Below, one piece after another: positions 27,240 through 38,950 of a stretch of DNA of 64,000 bases. The notes below the pieces were generated by a model. It ran no database searches. It saw only the letters and a list, made by a program, of their open reading frames with translations, and was not told the DNA's origin. This stretch comes from Octopus vulgaris (lineage: Eukaryota). Position 1 is the first letter of the stretch, and the number at the start of each line of letters is the position of its first letter. The translations under genes and the position numbers were made by a program. The stretch is from contig OX597835.1 of NCBI GenBank assembly GCA_951406725.2, positions 12,772,001 to 12,836,000 of the forward strand, written 5' to 3'.

Positions 27240-27830
27240 AGGTGCAGGAGTGGTTGTGTGGTAAGAAGCTTGCTCTCCAACCACATGGTCCCAGGTTCAG
27301 TCCCATTGTGTGGCACCTTGGGCAAGTGTCTTCTACAATAGCCTCAGGCCAACCAAAGCCTTGTGAGTGGATTTGGTAGATGGAAACTGAAAGAAGCCTG
27401 TCATATATGTATGTGTGTGTGTGTGTGTGTCTGTGTGTTTGTTTATCGTCTCATGGCCACTTGACAACCAGTGTTGATGCATTTAAGTCCTTGTAACTTT
27501 GTGGTTCAGCAAAAGAGACTGATAGAGTGAGCACTAGGCTTTAAAAAATAATAAGTATAATAACTTCTATGGGTGACTTCTTCGACTAAAACTCTACAAG
27601 GTGGTGCTCCAGCATGGCCGCAGTCAAAAAGACTGAAACAAGTAAAAGAATAAAAGAAAAGAATATATGACAGGCTTCTTTTCAGTTTCCCTCTATCAAA
27701 TCCACTCACAAGGCTTGGTTGGCTCAAGGCTAGAGAAGACACTTGCCCAACGTATCCATAGAGTGGGACTGAACCCAGAACCTTGTAGTTAGGAAGCAAT
27801 CTTTCTCCTACATAGCCACACTTGCACCTG
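27240..27830. mobile_element. SINE family A (+, 27240-27660) abutting an inverted family A 5' half (-, 27668-27830)
   Basis: Both match the family A consensus in opposite orientations. Confidence 0.85.
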
Positions 27831-28292
27831 TTTCTTCTTCTTCGTCTGCCAATAAATCATGGAGTTTCTCTTCTTTTTTTCATGAATCTCAATCATTCTT
27901 CAAAAAAGGCTTTAGGCATTGCCCTTCGTTGTTTCTTTATCTGACTGAATTAGAGAATAAAAAAATGTTTTTTGGAACTAAAGAACTGTTAGCAATGATT
28001 GACAGGCTTGGCACTCTGCTTTAAGCAGAGCAAACAAGGCAATTGTGAAGAAAGCTAGAGTTTGGCAGTGCCAGGAAAGAGAAAAATATGTAACAAACTT
28101 TGTTTTAATCTTTCTTCTTTAATGTCAATAAAGAATTATTGGAGCTGTTTAAGCAATGTTTTAGCAGAAAAATTGAATCATCACCAGCTAAAATATTCTT
28201 TTCTACTCTAGGCACAAGGCCCGAAATTTCAGGGGAAGGGGGGGTCAGTCGATTAGATCGACCCCAGTATGCAACTGGTACTTAATTTATAC

Positions 28293-28930
28293 TGCACAGT
28301 ATAGTAGGGTCAGTTGGGTACTGTCTGTGATTAAAACAGCACCATGATGCAGTTCACTCTATCAGAAATTTGGAAATGGTATGCTGTACTGCTTGGGATT
28401 CACACCAGAAGCCACAATACAAACAGATGGTGAACATGCAGAACAACCATTTGCTTGTGGTGTCCTCAAAACATGTACCAAGAGCAATAAAAATCAAACA
28501 TCCAGTCAACATCCAAGAGTTTGGAGTGATCACTAGTGATGACAATCATATGCCTCCATTCATCTTCCCACACAGCCTCAGACTCAACTTGGAGGCCTAC
28601 ATCAAGTGCCTGGAGGAGGTAGTGCTGCTGTATGTCAACAGGGTGGCTGCTGGAAGACCCTGGAAGACCCTATGTCTGGCAACAGGACTCTGCACCATGC
28701 CACACAAGCAGACCCCAGTCATGGATGTCAGACAAATTCTGCAACCACATCACCCCTAACATCTTGCCACCTAACTCCCTCCCCAGACTGCAACCCCCTT
28801 GATTATTATGTGTGGGGTGCAGTTGAGCAAGAGATCAACAAAACTCCTTGTGACACCAAAGATGAACTGAAGACAAGCATTATGGCAGCTTTCACCAACT
28901 TAAACAAGGAGGCTGTCCAGAAGAGTTTAC
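28293..28930 (+). mobile_element. Tc1/mariner-superfamily transposase pseudogene, DD37D (maT)-like
   Basis: Frameshifted KHPVNIQEFGVITSD..MPPFIFPHSLRLN.EAYIKCLEEVV...QQDSAPCHTS...SPDCNPLDYYVWGAVE...KDELK..I.AAF. Confidence 0.8.
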
Positions 28931-28953
28931 AGGATATTCATACACATACATGC

Positions 28954-29011
<58 letters not shown>

Positions 29012-30779
29012 AGAGGGTTCAAAACGATTGTCATGCTTACTCCCAGAATCAATAATTTTCTCCCATTTGTTTGAAAATATTGAGTTCTAAAAACTTACCC
29101 CAACGACTTGTGCATGATTCTGTTTCTACCGAGAACCAAAACAGCATCCACAATTGGATCTTAATTTTGTGCTGGTTAACAAGAACAGGAAAGCCAACAT
29201 TAATATATTGCAATACAACGTTGGCCAAACAACAGCATAAGAAGAATTCAACCTCTTTCTTTATGGCAGAAAATTACTTCAGCAATAGGATGTTGACTCT
29301 TGTCTTTAAGTTGAGGAAAGTAATTAACGTTATGTAAATTATGTCATCTTTGAAGATTTTTAGAATTAATATTCCTTGGGCTGCTTGATAAATTACCAAA
29401 TATATCATTACTCTTCAGTTAGGCATTATTATATTATCTTTGGAACAAGTTATTGGAATTTACCATCTAAGGGACTCTGCTCTCTGATAAGAAATGTTTG
29501 GCACTATAAAGTTGACAAACAATATTCATGAACCCAACGTAAACGATGCTGTAAATATTTTTCTAGAAAAATATTGTTGTTCGCTCTTTTAGTTTGAGCT
29601 TTTGCATTTTTATTTTGAATAATACTTGTCTTTCTTTGTCCTCCATTAGCGCCATATTCTTCACTTTCTTTGGTATTGACAACCCTATAGCTTTCTCTCA
29701 CAATTATCTGTCTTTTTTTGTTCTTACTCTTCCTCTCCACTTTCAATTTTTAGTTTCCAGTTTTGAGTATTTCATCTTCTTTCCTTTTCAAACCTTTCCT
29801 TTATTTTCTTCTTGTGTCTCATGTTATCTTCTTTTAGTTATTCTCATCCTTTCAACCTCATATCTTTTTCTGTTTCTTCATTTATTTCTTCATGTTTTAC
29901 AGCTCCTCTCCCCAACTTCACATCAAAGTATTGATTTTTTTTGCTGTAAAAATTTCCATCTTTTTTTTTACTTGTTTCAGTCATTAGACCATGGTCATTC
30001 TGGGGCACCAGCTGTTTTTTGTTTTTTTTCAGAAATCAGGATGTATAATTGCTCAGCCCTATTGTGCAGCATCTTGGGCAAGTATCTTCAAATCTAGTCC
30101 TAGACTAACCAAAGCCTTGTGAATAGCTTCAGTAATAGAAACTGAAAGAAGCCTGTCATACATATGTGGCTTAGAAATGAGAGTGCTCAGTTCCTAATCA
30201 TAAGGACAACAGTTCATTTCCTGGATTGGACAGTGTTTTATGTCTTTGAGCAACACATATCCTTTCATATTGCCCCAATCTACTAAGAAGAAGATGGTTA
30301 TCAGCCGACTGCCAGTACAATCCTCTCTCCAGCCAGCAGTAACTTCTTTGATGTTTTACTAGAATAGGATTGGAAAGGCTGAGAGAATGTCTATGCCTGA
30401 TTGTGACTGCACAAGCCCTAAAACAATAAGCAAAAGCATGGTACATAATATCAGGTTGTACACCCTTGTGAAAACCAGCAATGTTATATCTATGCATATA
30501 TGTGTGCCTGAGTATGTGTGGTGTGTGTGTGCTTGTGTATGTGCATCCGTGTGTGTGTTGTGTGTGTGCATATATGTGCATGCAAAAGCATACATGTATG
30601 TGTGTGTGTGTGTGTTAATATCTTCTTGGCTTAACATTGCCTGCTAGTTGTAAACAAACATCACCACCATACAAGCGGTTTTCATTCTTTGACAATCTTC
30701 CACGAACATATCTCGGGCCATTGTGCTGTTTCTATTCAAACGATTTGGGGGAAATATTCCTTTACTTGGAAACAGACAA

Positions 30780-30955
30780 AGGTGGGCAACAGCAAGGGCA
30801 CCAAGTCATAAGAAAATCCGCCTCAATGAATTTTGTCTAACCCATGCAAGCATGGAAAAGTGGACGTTAAAACAATGACAACAACAACAATGATGATGAT
30901 GGTGATGATACTGATGATGATGATGATGATGAGGAGGAGGAGGAGGAGGAGGAGA
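30780..30955 (+). mobile_element. Family B-related 3' tail with (GAT)n
   Basis: AACCCATGCAAGCATGGAAAAGTGGACGTTAAAACAATGA... Confidence 0.7.
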
Positions 30956-31589
30956 GAGAAAAGGGGGACGATGCTGATGATTATTATGTGGACATTTACA
31001 TATACAAAAAAAGCCCCACTTTCTTGTGCTTAAACATGGTTCATTTGCATTTGAAGTGTATCAGTATATCATGTTTGCATTCGTAATTGTATTTTCATAA
31101 TGAAGAACTTGAAGAAGAACTTGAAATATATCAAACATTTAAAAAATTTCCAGAAATGGAAACGGTATAAAATTAATGCTTTCCTTATTATTGAAAATAC
31201 TTTTTCTTTTATTATCTTGAAAAATAACACAGCTGAGATATTTGCGTTCTATATTCGTGTAATGAATGTATAAATTCCTTTTATAAAGCAGCGTTGGATT
31301 GAAGTTTTCTATTACTACTTTCTTCAAAAAATGCTGTTTATATTGCAAAAATATTCTTTAAAAATATTTTACAGATTCTAAATCCCTGATATTTGAAAAT
31401 ATGAAAATATGGAGACTGTTTTATTGAGAATATGAAGCAAATAAAACAAAGAGTGAGAGATTGTTTATAAGATAGTTAAGTTACATCATCTTACACATGT
31501 TTCATTAACATATGGTGATTATTAGTTACATAATGTAAATTACATACTCAAATCTTCAGAGATCTGTAACTTTTATACATACATTATTG

Positions 31590-32085
31590 GATTGAGAAGG
31601 TAGGTATAAAAGCCAAACTCACTGTCTTCAATTTGGTGTTTGTCTCTATGCTTACCTATGGTTATGAAAGTTGGGTAATGGCAAAAAGAATATAATCACA
31701 AATACAAGCAGATGAGATGGGGTTCCTCTGAAGGGTCTTTGAAGTTGATATTACTTGAGAGAGTGCATAGCTCAGAGATCAGATAGGCACTTTAGTTAAA
31801 GCTGCTACTTCTTCAGATTGAGAGATTACAGCCCTGACACCATAGATGTGTGGCAAGAATGTCCCAGGACAGGTTTTACAGACAAAAGCAACCAGTAGGA
31901 AAACCAAGGAGAGACCAAAAGAAAGATGATTAGATAACACTCATGAGTTCAGTTGATCTCACTTGGGGACCCAACTGGGTCAACTGAAGATGGTTGCATC
32001 TGACTGGACCTGATTGAAGGCATGCTTGAGGATTCTGCCCCTATGACTATCCCCAGATTAACTGGGCATAGAAGATGAAATAATG
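31590..32085 (+). mobile_element. RTE-clade LINE 3' fragment (decayed)
   Basis: KAKLTVFNLVFVSMLTYGYESWVM...IQADEMGFL*RV... and a K.RERPK.R*LD-type motif typical of RTE ORF ends; several stops. Confidence 0.8.
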
Positions 32086-32092
32086 ACATCAA

Positions 32093-32232
32093 ATAAATGC
32101 CTTGCTTGTAAAATTCTGTAGGTTTAGAACCAAAATATGAATCCAACTCATTTTCAATTGCTTCTCTTATTGTTAACCTAAGTCCATCAAAATGATTCTG
32201 TGGTCCTCGGAACAAATGGTAATCAGAAGGAG
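32093..32232 (-). mobile_element. mariner (DD34D) transposase C-terminal fragment
   Basis: PSDYHLFRGPQNHFDGLRLT.RE.IENELDSYFGSKPTEFYKQGIY. Confidence 0.8.
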
Positions 32233-32282
32233 ACGGCTACTGGCTGTTATATATGTTTCTTTCTTAAAGACATAATAAAAAT

Positions 32283-32448
32283 AGGCGCAGGAGTGGCTGT
32301 GTGGTAAGTAGCTTGCTAACCAACCACATGGTTCCGTGTTCAGTCTCACTGCGTGGCACCTTGGGCAAGTGTCTTCTGCTATAGCCCCAGACCGACCAAT
32401 GCCTTGTGAGTGGATTTGGTAGACGGAAACTGAAAGAAGCCTGTCGTA

Positions 32449-32507
<59 letters not shown>

Positions 32508-32722
32508 ATGTGTTTGTGTGTCTGTGTTTGTCTCCCTAGCATTGCTTGACAACCGATGCTGGTGTGTTTACGTCCCTGTCACTTAGCGGTTCGGCAAAAG
32601 AGACCGATAGCATAAGTACTGGGCTTACAAAGAATAAGTCCCGGGGTCGATTTGCTTGACTAGAGGCAGTGCTCCAGCATGGCCGCAGTCAAATGACTGA
32701 AACAAGTAAAAGAGTAAAAGAG
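32283..32722 (+). mobile_element. SINE family A, full length, little diverged
   Basis: Complete head, internal microsatellite and GTAAAAGA-repeat tail. Confidence 0.92.
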
Positions 32723-33152
32723 AAATGTGTTATAAAACCGCGCTCACGCTTAAGTGAATAGATGCTGAAATAATTCTAAAAAGCTCCTCAAGGTAAGAAA
32801 TATGTTAACACAATGTAAGAAATGCATTAATGCAAAGGCATAGAAGATTAAAATTAATAAGATTGAGTTGAGGAAAAGTGTAAGAAAACTGTACGTCTCT
32901 TGGAGAAAGCTTTACGAAGAAGGGAATTAAACAATCACCTTCAGAATAAAATACCATATTCTTAGAAGATTACAAGAGCAAAAGGTGGAATATTTAAGCA
33001 TTAGCTAAATTGGAATAAGCAGGCAAGAGCTAGAGAGGTAATTATAAGATAAATTAAATAACTAAACACTTGAGGCAAGAATTGTTTTAGTGTGAGTAAT
33101 GCATAAAGATTGACTGGATGATAGCAGGTTTGAAATATTGCGAAATAAAGTT

Positions 33153-33339
33153 GGCACAGGTGTAAATGTGAGGTTAAGGGGCTCATTTTGCAACTGCGTA
33201 GTTTTGGGTTCGGTGCCACTGTGTTTGTAGCACCTTGGGCGGGTTCCTTCTGCAATAGCCCCAGGTCAACCATAGCATTGTGAGTGAATTTGATTGACAG
33301 AAACTGTGAAGGAAGCCTGTCGTGTATGCATGCACATAT

Positions 33340-33407
<68 letters not shown>

Positions 33408-33747
33408 AATTATGAATTAAAAGTACTTCTATAGTGTTGTAAACATTATTGACCTTGTGAGTGGATTTGGTAGATGGAAACTGAAAGAAGCCCGTCGTAT
33501 ATATGTACATATATATATGTATGTGTGTGTATATGTCTGTGTGTCTGTGTTTGTCCCCTCCCCCACCATGCTTGACAACCAATGCTGGTGTGTTTATATC
33601 CCGATAAGTTAGCAGTTCGGCAAAAGAGACTGGTAGAATAAGTACTAGGCTTACAACGACTACGTCCTGGGGTCGATTTGCTTGACTAAAGGTGGTGCTC
33701 CAGCATGGCCACGGTCACATGACTGAAACAAGTAAAAGAGTAAAGAG
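33153..33747 (+). mobile_element. Two partial SINE family A copies around a (CA)n tract
   Basis: Diverged head 33153-33325; body and tail 33453-33747. Confidence 0.75.
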
Positions 33748-33762
33748 TCTCCATTGCTTTCA

Positions 33763-33967
33763 ACATCATCATCATCATCATCATCATTTAGCGTCCGCTT
33801 TCCATGCTAGCATGGGTTGGACAGTTCAACTGGGGTCTGTGAAGCTGGAAGGCTTCGTCAGGCCCAGTCAGATCTGGCAGTACTTCTACGGCTGGATGCC
33901 CTTCCCAACGCCAACCACTCCGTGAGAGTAGTGGGTGCTTTTTACGTGCCACCTGCACAGGTGCCAG
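33763..33967 (-). mobile_element. SINE-like family B 3' part
   Basis: (CAT)n plus core, close to the 4848-5046 copy. Confidence 0.85.
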
Positions 33968-33976
33968 AACAACCTT

Positions 33977-34150
33977 ATAAATGCCTCGCTTGTAAAATTC
34001 TGTAGGTTTAGAACCAAAATATGAATCCAACTCATTTTCAGTCTCTTCTCTTGTTGTTAACCTGAGTCCATCGAAATGGTTCTGTGGTCCTTGGAACAAA
34101 TGGTAATCAGAAGGAGCAAGGTCAGGAGAATATGGAGGATGAAGGAGTAT
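33977..34150 (-). mobile_element. mariner (DD34D) transposase fragment
   Basis: LLHPPYSPDLAPSDYHLF...ENELDSYFGSKPTEFYKRGIY: the canonical YSPDLAPSD motif. Confidence 0.88.
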
Positions 34151-34468
34151 TACTACTTTCTTCAAAAAATGCTGTTTATATTGCTAAAATATTTAAAAAA
34201 AATATTTTACAGATTCTAAATCCCTGATATTTGAAAACAGGAAAATATGGAGACTGTTATATTGAGTATATGAAGCAAATAAAGCAAAGCATGAGAGATT
34301 GTTCTTCCTTTGTTGATGACTATCAGGTGTTTTAACACTGGGTATACCCAGTGTATGTGTTTTGTTTGTTCACTGATCCACTGTGGTACAATGTTTGTGG
34401 GGACAGCTCTCCCCCACCACAGCATTGCGTGTTAATATGGAATTTTGATGAAAAGTTTTCAGATCACT

Positions 34469-35117
34469 TTAACCCTTCTGTTACCAGATTATTTATTGAG
34501 ACACATGTCCATCTCTCTTTCAATTAATTTGGAAAATAACAAAAAATTTAGCTAAAGAATTTTGTGATTATCAAGCTGGTGTCTGGGTCATAAATTAGGA
34601 TGAAATTTTCATGGACAGTTTTCCTTTAAACTACTTTAAAACGAAAAATGGTCTCAGGCAAGCTGGGATTGAAAAATGATTAACCCTTTTGTTACCATAT
34701 TTCTATAGAAATGCTTTGCCTTCATTTCAAATGATTTTGAAAATAAGGAAGAATTTAGCAAAATAACTTCGTCATAATTAAACTAGTGTTTGGAACATAA
34801 ATTAATGGAAAATTTTCATGAAAGACTTTAATTTAGATCACTTTAGAACAGGAATATTGCATCATAGAACCAAGGATGGTCTCTGGTGGGTAGGTATCAA
34901 AAGAGTTGGTTCTTTTATTACCATATTTCTGTTGAGCTACATTGTTTTTGTCTCAATTAATTTCGAAAATAACCAAGAATTTAGCAAACTAGCTTTATCA
35001 ACATGAAGCTGGTGCACAGATCATAAATAATATGGAATTTTCATGGAAGGTTTTACTTTAGCTCACTTTAAAGCCAAAAGTTTTTGGTCTCAGGTGGGTT
35101 GGTACCAATTTAGTTAA
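34469..35117 (+). mobile_element. Three tandem ~210-230-bp piggyBac-like MITE units
   Basis: Units begin TTAACCCTT at 34469 and 34680, with a degenerate third at about 34909; same family as 12606-13296. Confidence 0.6.
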
Positions 35118-35510
35118 AATACTAAATCTACATGAAATGCCACTATTGCAAAACAACCAGCAGTCATGAATCTCTAAAACTGTTTGACGGCATCAAAGGT
35201 TCAAATTATTTCTCAGGAAGATGTGATGTTTTATAGAAAAACTGAAATGAAAACGTCTAAGCTGTTGACGGAGAAGCCAGATACTGAAATGGCTTCGATG
35301 CCAATCATGGGAAGAGTATGATGTAATGACAGCAAGCAGATTATAGATAGAGGCAGTTCTGCCATGATATTTCAAAGTTTCTTGCAAATGGAAATAGTGA
35401 TTAAATTTACACCCACATATGTATGTGCACATGTATAAAATTAATATAGGCAGCGCAGTGTGCAATGTATCACCAAAAGGGAAAACTATAATTGTCACTA
35501 AATATGACTG

Positions 35511-35884
35511 TTAGTTAGTTAGTTAATTTGGCTCAAAAGCAAATAGCAAGGCCATGTAGGGGGACATGGAGTTAAGTACAGGGTGGTGTTCATGTAAAGA
35601 GTTCAGGCCACTTGAGGTCCAGGGAGGCTTTGAACAAAGCGGTCGTCGGCATCTTCACCATCTCTCGTCTGGCAGCTTGTTCCATGGATCCGCAACCTGG
35701 ACGGAGAAAGCTCCTCTCCTTCGATTGAGATGAAATCGTCGCAGGTAGAGCTTTTCGGAATGACCCCGCAGCCGACGCTCTGGAGCAGGAGTGAAGAACA
35801 GCTCTTTCAAGAGGTTACACTTTCCGCTTATGATGTTGTGGGCGAGAATGAGATCACCACGGCGGCGGCGTTTTTCAAGAGAAT
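35511..35884 (-). mobile_element. CR1-clade LINE 3' end with (TAAC)n tail
   Basis: Minus strand SLEKRRRRGDLILAHNIISGKC...RLRGHSEKLYLRRFHLNRRRGAFSVQVADPWNKLPDE; tail TTAGTTAGTTAG on +. Confidence 0.88.
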
Positions 35885-36049
35885 GTTAGTGGTGTTCCTA
35901 CCACTGAGGGTGGTAGGAACACCGACATTGCTAGAAATAAGAGCTAAAATGTTCTAATGCTTTGACTACAGCATTAGAGCAATTTAGCTCTTATTTCTAG
36001 CAATGTAGGTGTTTCTAACATGCTAGTCATATTCAGGGACAATTTTATA

Positions 36050-36505
36050 TCAAAATCGAAATGAAAATGGAAGTCGTAATTGTGGTCAATGCCAGTGCCA
36101 CCTGACTGGCACCTGTGCTGGCGGCATGTAATAAGCACTGTTCAAGTGTGGGTCGATGCCAGTGCCATCTGACAGGCTCCCCGTGCTGGTGGCACATGAA
36201 AAGCACCATCTGAACATAGTCAATGCCAGTGCTGTCTGGCTTGATCCCGGTGCTGGTGGCATGTAAAAAGCACCATCTGAACGTGGTCAATACCATTTGA
36301 ACATGGTCAATGCTAGTGCCCCCAACTGGCTCCTGTGCTGGTGGCACGTAAAAAGCACAATCTGAATGTGGTCGATGCCAGTGCCACCTAACTGGCTCCC
36401 ATGCCTGTAGCACATAAAAACCACCCACTACACTCTCTGAGTGGTTAGCATTATGAAGGGCATCCAGCCTAGTGCAGCCTCCTGGCTTGCCAGTTCCTAG
36501 TCAAA
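36050..36505 (+). mobile_element. SINE-like family B with internal ~57-60-bp tandem units
   Basis: Repeated ATGCCAGTGCC..CTGACTGGCTCC.GTGCTGGTGGCA..TAAAAAGCAC, then the family B core. Confidence 0.78.
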
Positions 36506-37061
36506 CTTTGCCTAACAAATTATTTTATTTGCTAATTTAAAGTCAGAAACCATGGTCCAGGAAATAGATGGTAAATGTTTTTATTTTTCATTCCCTTCGA
36601 AATTTATCCCTAATAGTGGTTTGGATTTTGGTTATTCCTTCTAGTGTGCCAGGATTCCTATGATGGATACCTCTTAATGTGTTTAAATATACACTGTATT
36701 TTATATGAATAATATGAAGTCTATTGATTAATTTTTCTACATGCTAAGTCACTGGTAGTAAAAATTTCTATAATTTTTCTTACACTGATATTATTAATTA
36801 TATACATATATATATGTATATGTGTGTATATATTCTTTTATTTTTTTTTACTTGCTTCAATCATTTGACAGTGGCCATGCTGGAGCACTGCCTTTAGCTG
36901 AACAAATCAACCCCAGGAATTATTCTTTGTAAGCCTAGTACTTATTCTATCAGTCTCTTCTGCTGAACCGCTAAGTTACAGGGACATAAACATCAGCTGA
37001 CAAGTGATAGTAGGGAGACCATACATATATAAATATATATGTGCATATAAATATATATATA

Positions 37062-37356
37062 ATGGCCCAGTAGTTAGGGCAGCGGACTCGCGGTCGTAGG
37101 ATCGCGGTTTCGATTCCCAGACTGGGCGTTGTGAGTGTTTATTGAGCGAAAACACCTAAAAGCTCCACGAAGCTCCGGCAGGGGGTGGTGGTGATCCCTG
37201 CTGTACTCTTTCACCACTCTTTCTCCCACTCTTTCTTCTGTTGGCCTGCTCGCTTAGCCAGCGGGGTGGCGTCATTTGAAGGCTAAAAAACAATGCGAAC
37301 GCATTGTGACCAGCGATGTGTAACTACATCTGATGGACTGGTCAGTAAAAAAAAAA
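37062..37356 (+). mobile_element. tRNA-derived SINE family E, CpG-rich (probably young) with A-rich tail
   Basis: TGGCCCAGTAGTTAGGGCAGCGGACTCGCGGTCGTAGGATCGCGGTTTCGATTCCC has A/B boxes and a tRNA-like head; no acceptor-stem closure; followed by a body and poly(A). Confidence 0.8.
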
Positions 37357-37375
37357 ATATATATATATGAATATG

Positions 37376-37427
<52 letters not shown>

Positions 37428-37431
37428 CACA

Positions 37432-37611
37432 CGATAAACTATTTATAATCCTGCAAAGTGAACCTAGGAATTACCCATCGGATGAAATACATTTGGGATT
37501 GCTTATCTCAAGTAATCCTAAGTGTTCCTTACCACTCAATGGGGTTAGCCATAACTTGGATTATAACTGTGTACTCAAACGGTTCCAGCTTGCTTACTTT
37601 AGCCATATCTT
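37432..37611 (+). repeat. Dispersed hairpin-forming repeat, copy 1
   Basis: Inverted second copy at 42725-42906. Confidence 0.85.
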
Positions 37612-37615
37612 TAGC

Positions 37616-37654
<39 letters not shown>

Positions 37655-37962
37655 ACACAAAAGGCTTCTTTCAGTTTCCATCTACCAAATCTGTTCACAA
37701 GACTTTTTTTCTGCTTGGGGCTAGAGTAGAAGACACTTGCCTAGTGCACCAAGCAGTGGGACTGAACCCTGAGCCATTTGGTTGGGATGTAAACTTATAA
37801 CCACACTGTGACATATATATATGAACACAAACACACACACATATATATATATATACATTATATATATATATACGTTATATATATGCATTATATATATATG
37901 TATATACATTATATATATATATACATATGCATACATACACACATATGCAAGTGTGTACAAAA

Positions 37963-38001
<39 letters not shown>

Positions 38002-38725
38002 CACACACACAAATATGTGTATATATATATATTTGTGTGTGTGTGAAGAGAAGGAGATGGGGAGGGAGAGAGAGATAAATATGTACATATATAAATATAT
38101 ATATATATATAGATATATAAGTACGTAAATATACATAAATATTTATAATTATATTTATGCATTTGTATATGCGAGAGAAAGACTATGTGTATATGTATGC
38201 GTATGAGTGTGTGTGTATGTGTGTGTGTGTGTGTGTAGTGTGTGTGCCTATCTATATCTACACACACCCAACTTGGAAGAGATAAAAAGTTTAGATTCAC
38301 TTCCAAACTGTTAACAACAAGAGATTTGCTGACAAGCTTTAACAGATAAATTTCTCTCTAACAACATTATTAATGAGTCTGTTTAGTCTCAATCTTGATA
38401 TTACGCATCAATTTATGTTCTGCTTCTGTGATAGACAACACACACTGGCACTAGATAACTATGTAGTTGTAGGTATATATCACTTTTAATTATATTCACA
38501 ATTATTAACATTACAAACGCAATAATCGTGTAATCAGAAGTAAAGCTTGTAATGTGTTGCTATGACATTACGATGCAGTCAAAGGCAGGTCTCCCTATCT
38601 GTCTATCTGTCTGTCTCACTTTCTATATATATATATACATACATATACATATACATATATATGCATATCTATATCTATCTATATATATATATATATATAT
38701 ACATACACATATACATATATATATG

Positions 38726-38791
<66 letters not shown>

Positions 38792-38950
38792 TATACGTAT
38801 ACAGATATATATATTGCTTCTTGCTTAAGATGGCAACACACAACTCAGCCCATGAATTGAACTTTAAGCCTGATGCTCAAACCACTGATCCATGCACATT
38901 CACACACACACACACGCACACACACAAACACATACACACACGCACGCACA

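Larger units (their letters stand above)
36845..37806 (-). mobile_element. Fragmented SINE family A (36845-37020 and 37661-37806) with insertions in its microsatellite
   Basis: 3' and 5' halves on the minus strand flank a family E SINE and a hairpin repeat. Confidence 0.7.

Noticed and set aside
31122-31140. Resemblance to miR-190 on the minus strand
   Set aside because: Seed and 3' end mismatch; no precursor stem seen.
35140-35400. Ancient long inverted repeat
   Set aside because: Only short patches pair (GGCATC/GATGCC, GTCAT/ATGAC) with many gaps; not distinguishable from chance by eye.
37062-37135. tRNA gene
   Set aside because: tRNA-like A/B boxes but no closing acceptor stem; continues into a SINE body and A-tail.
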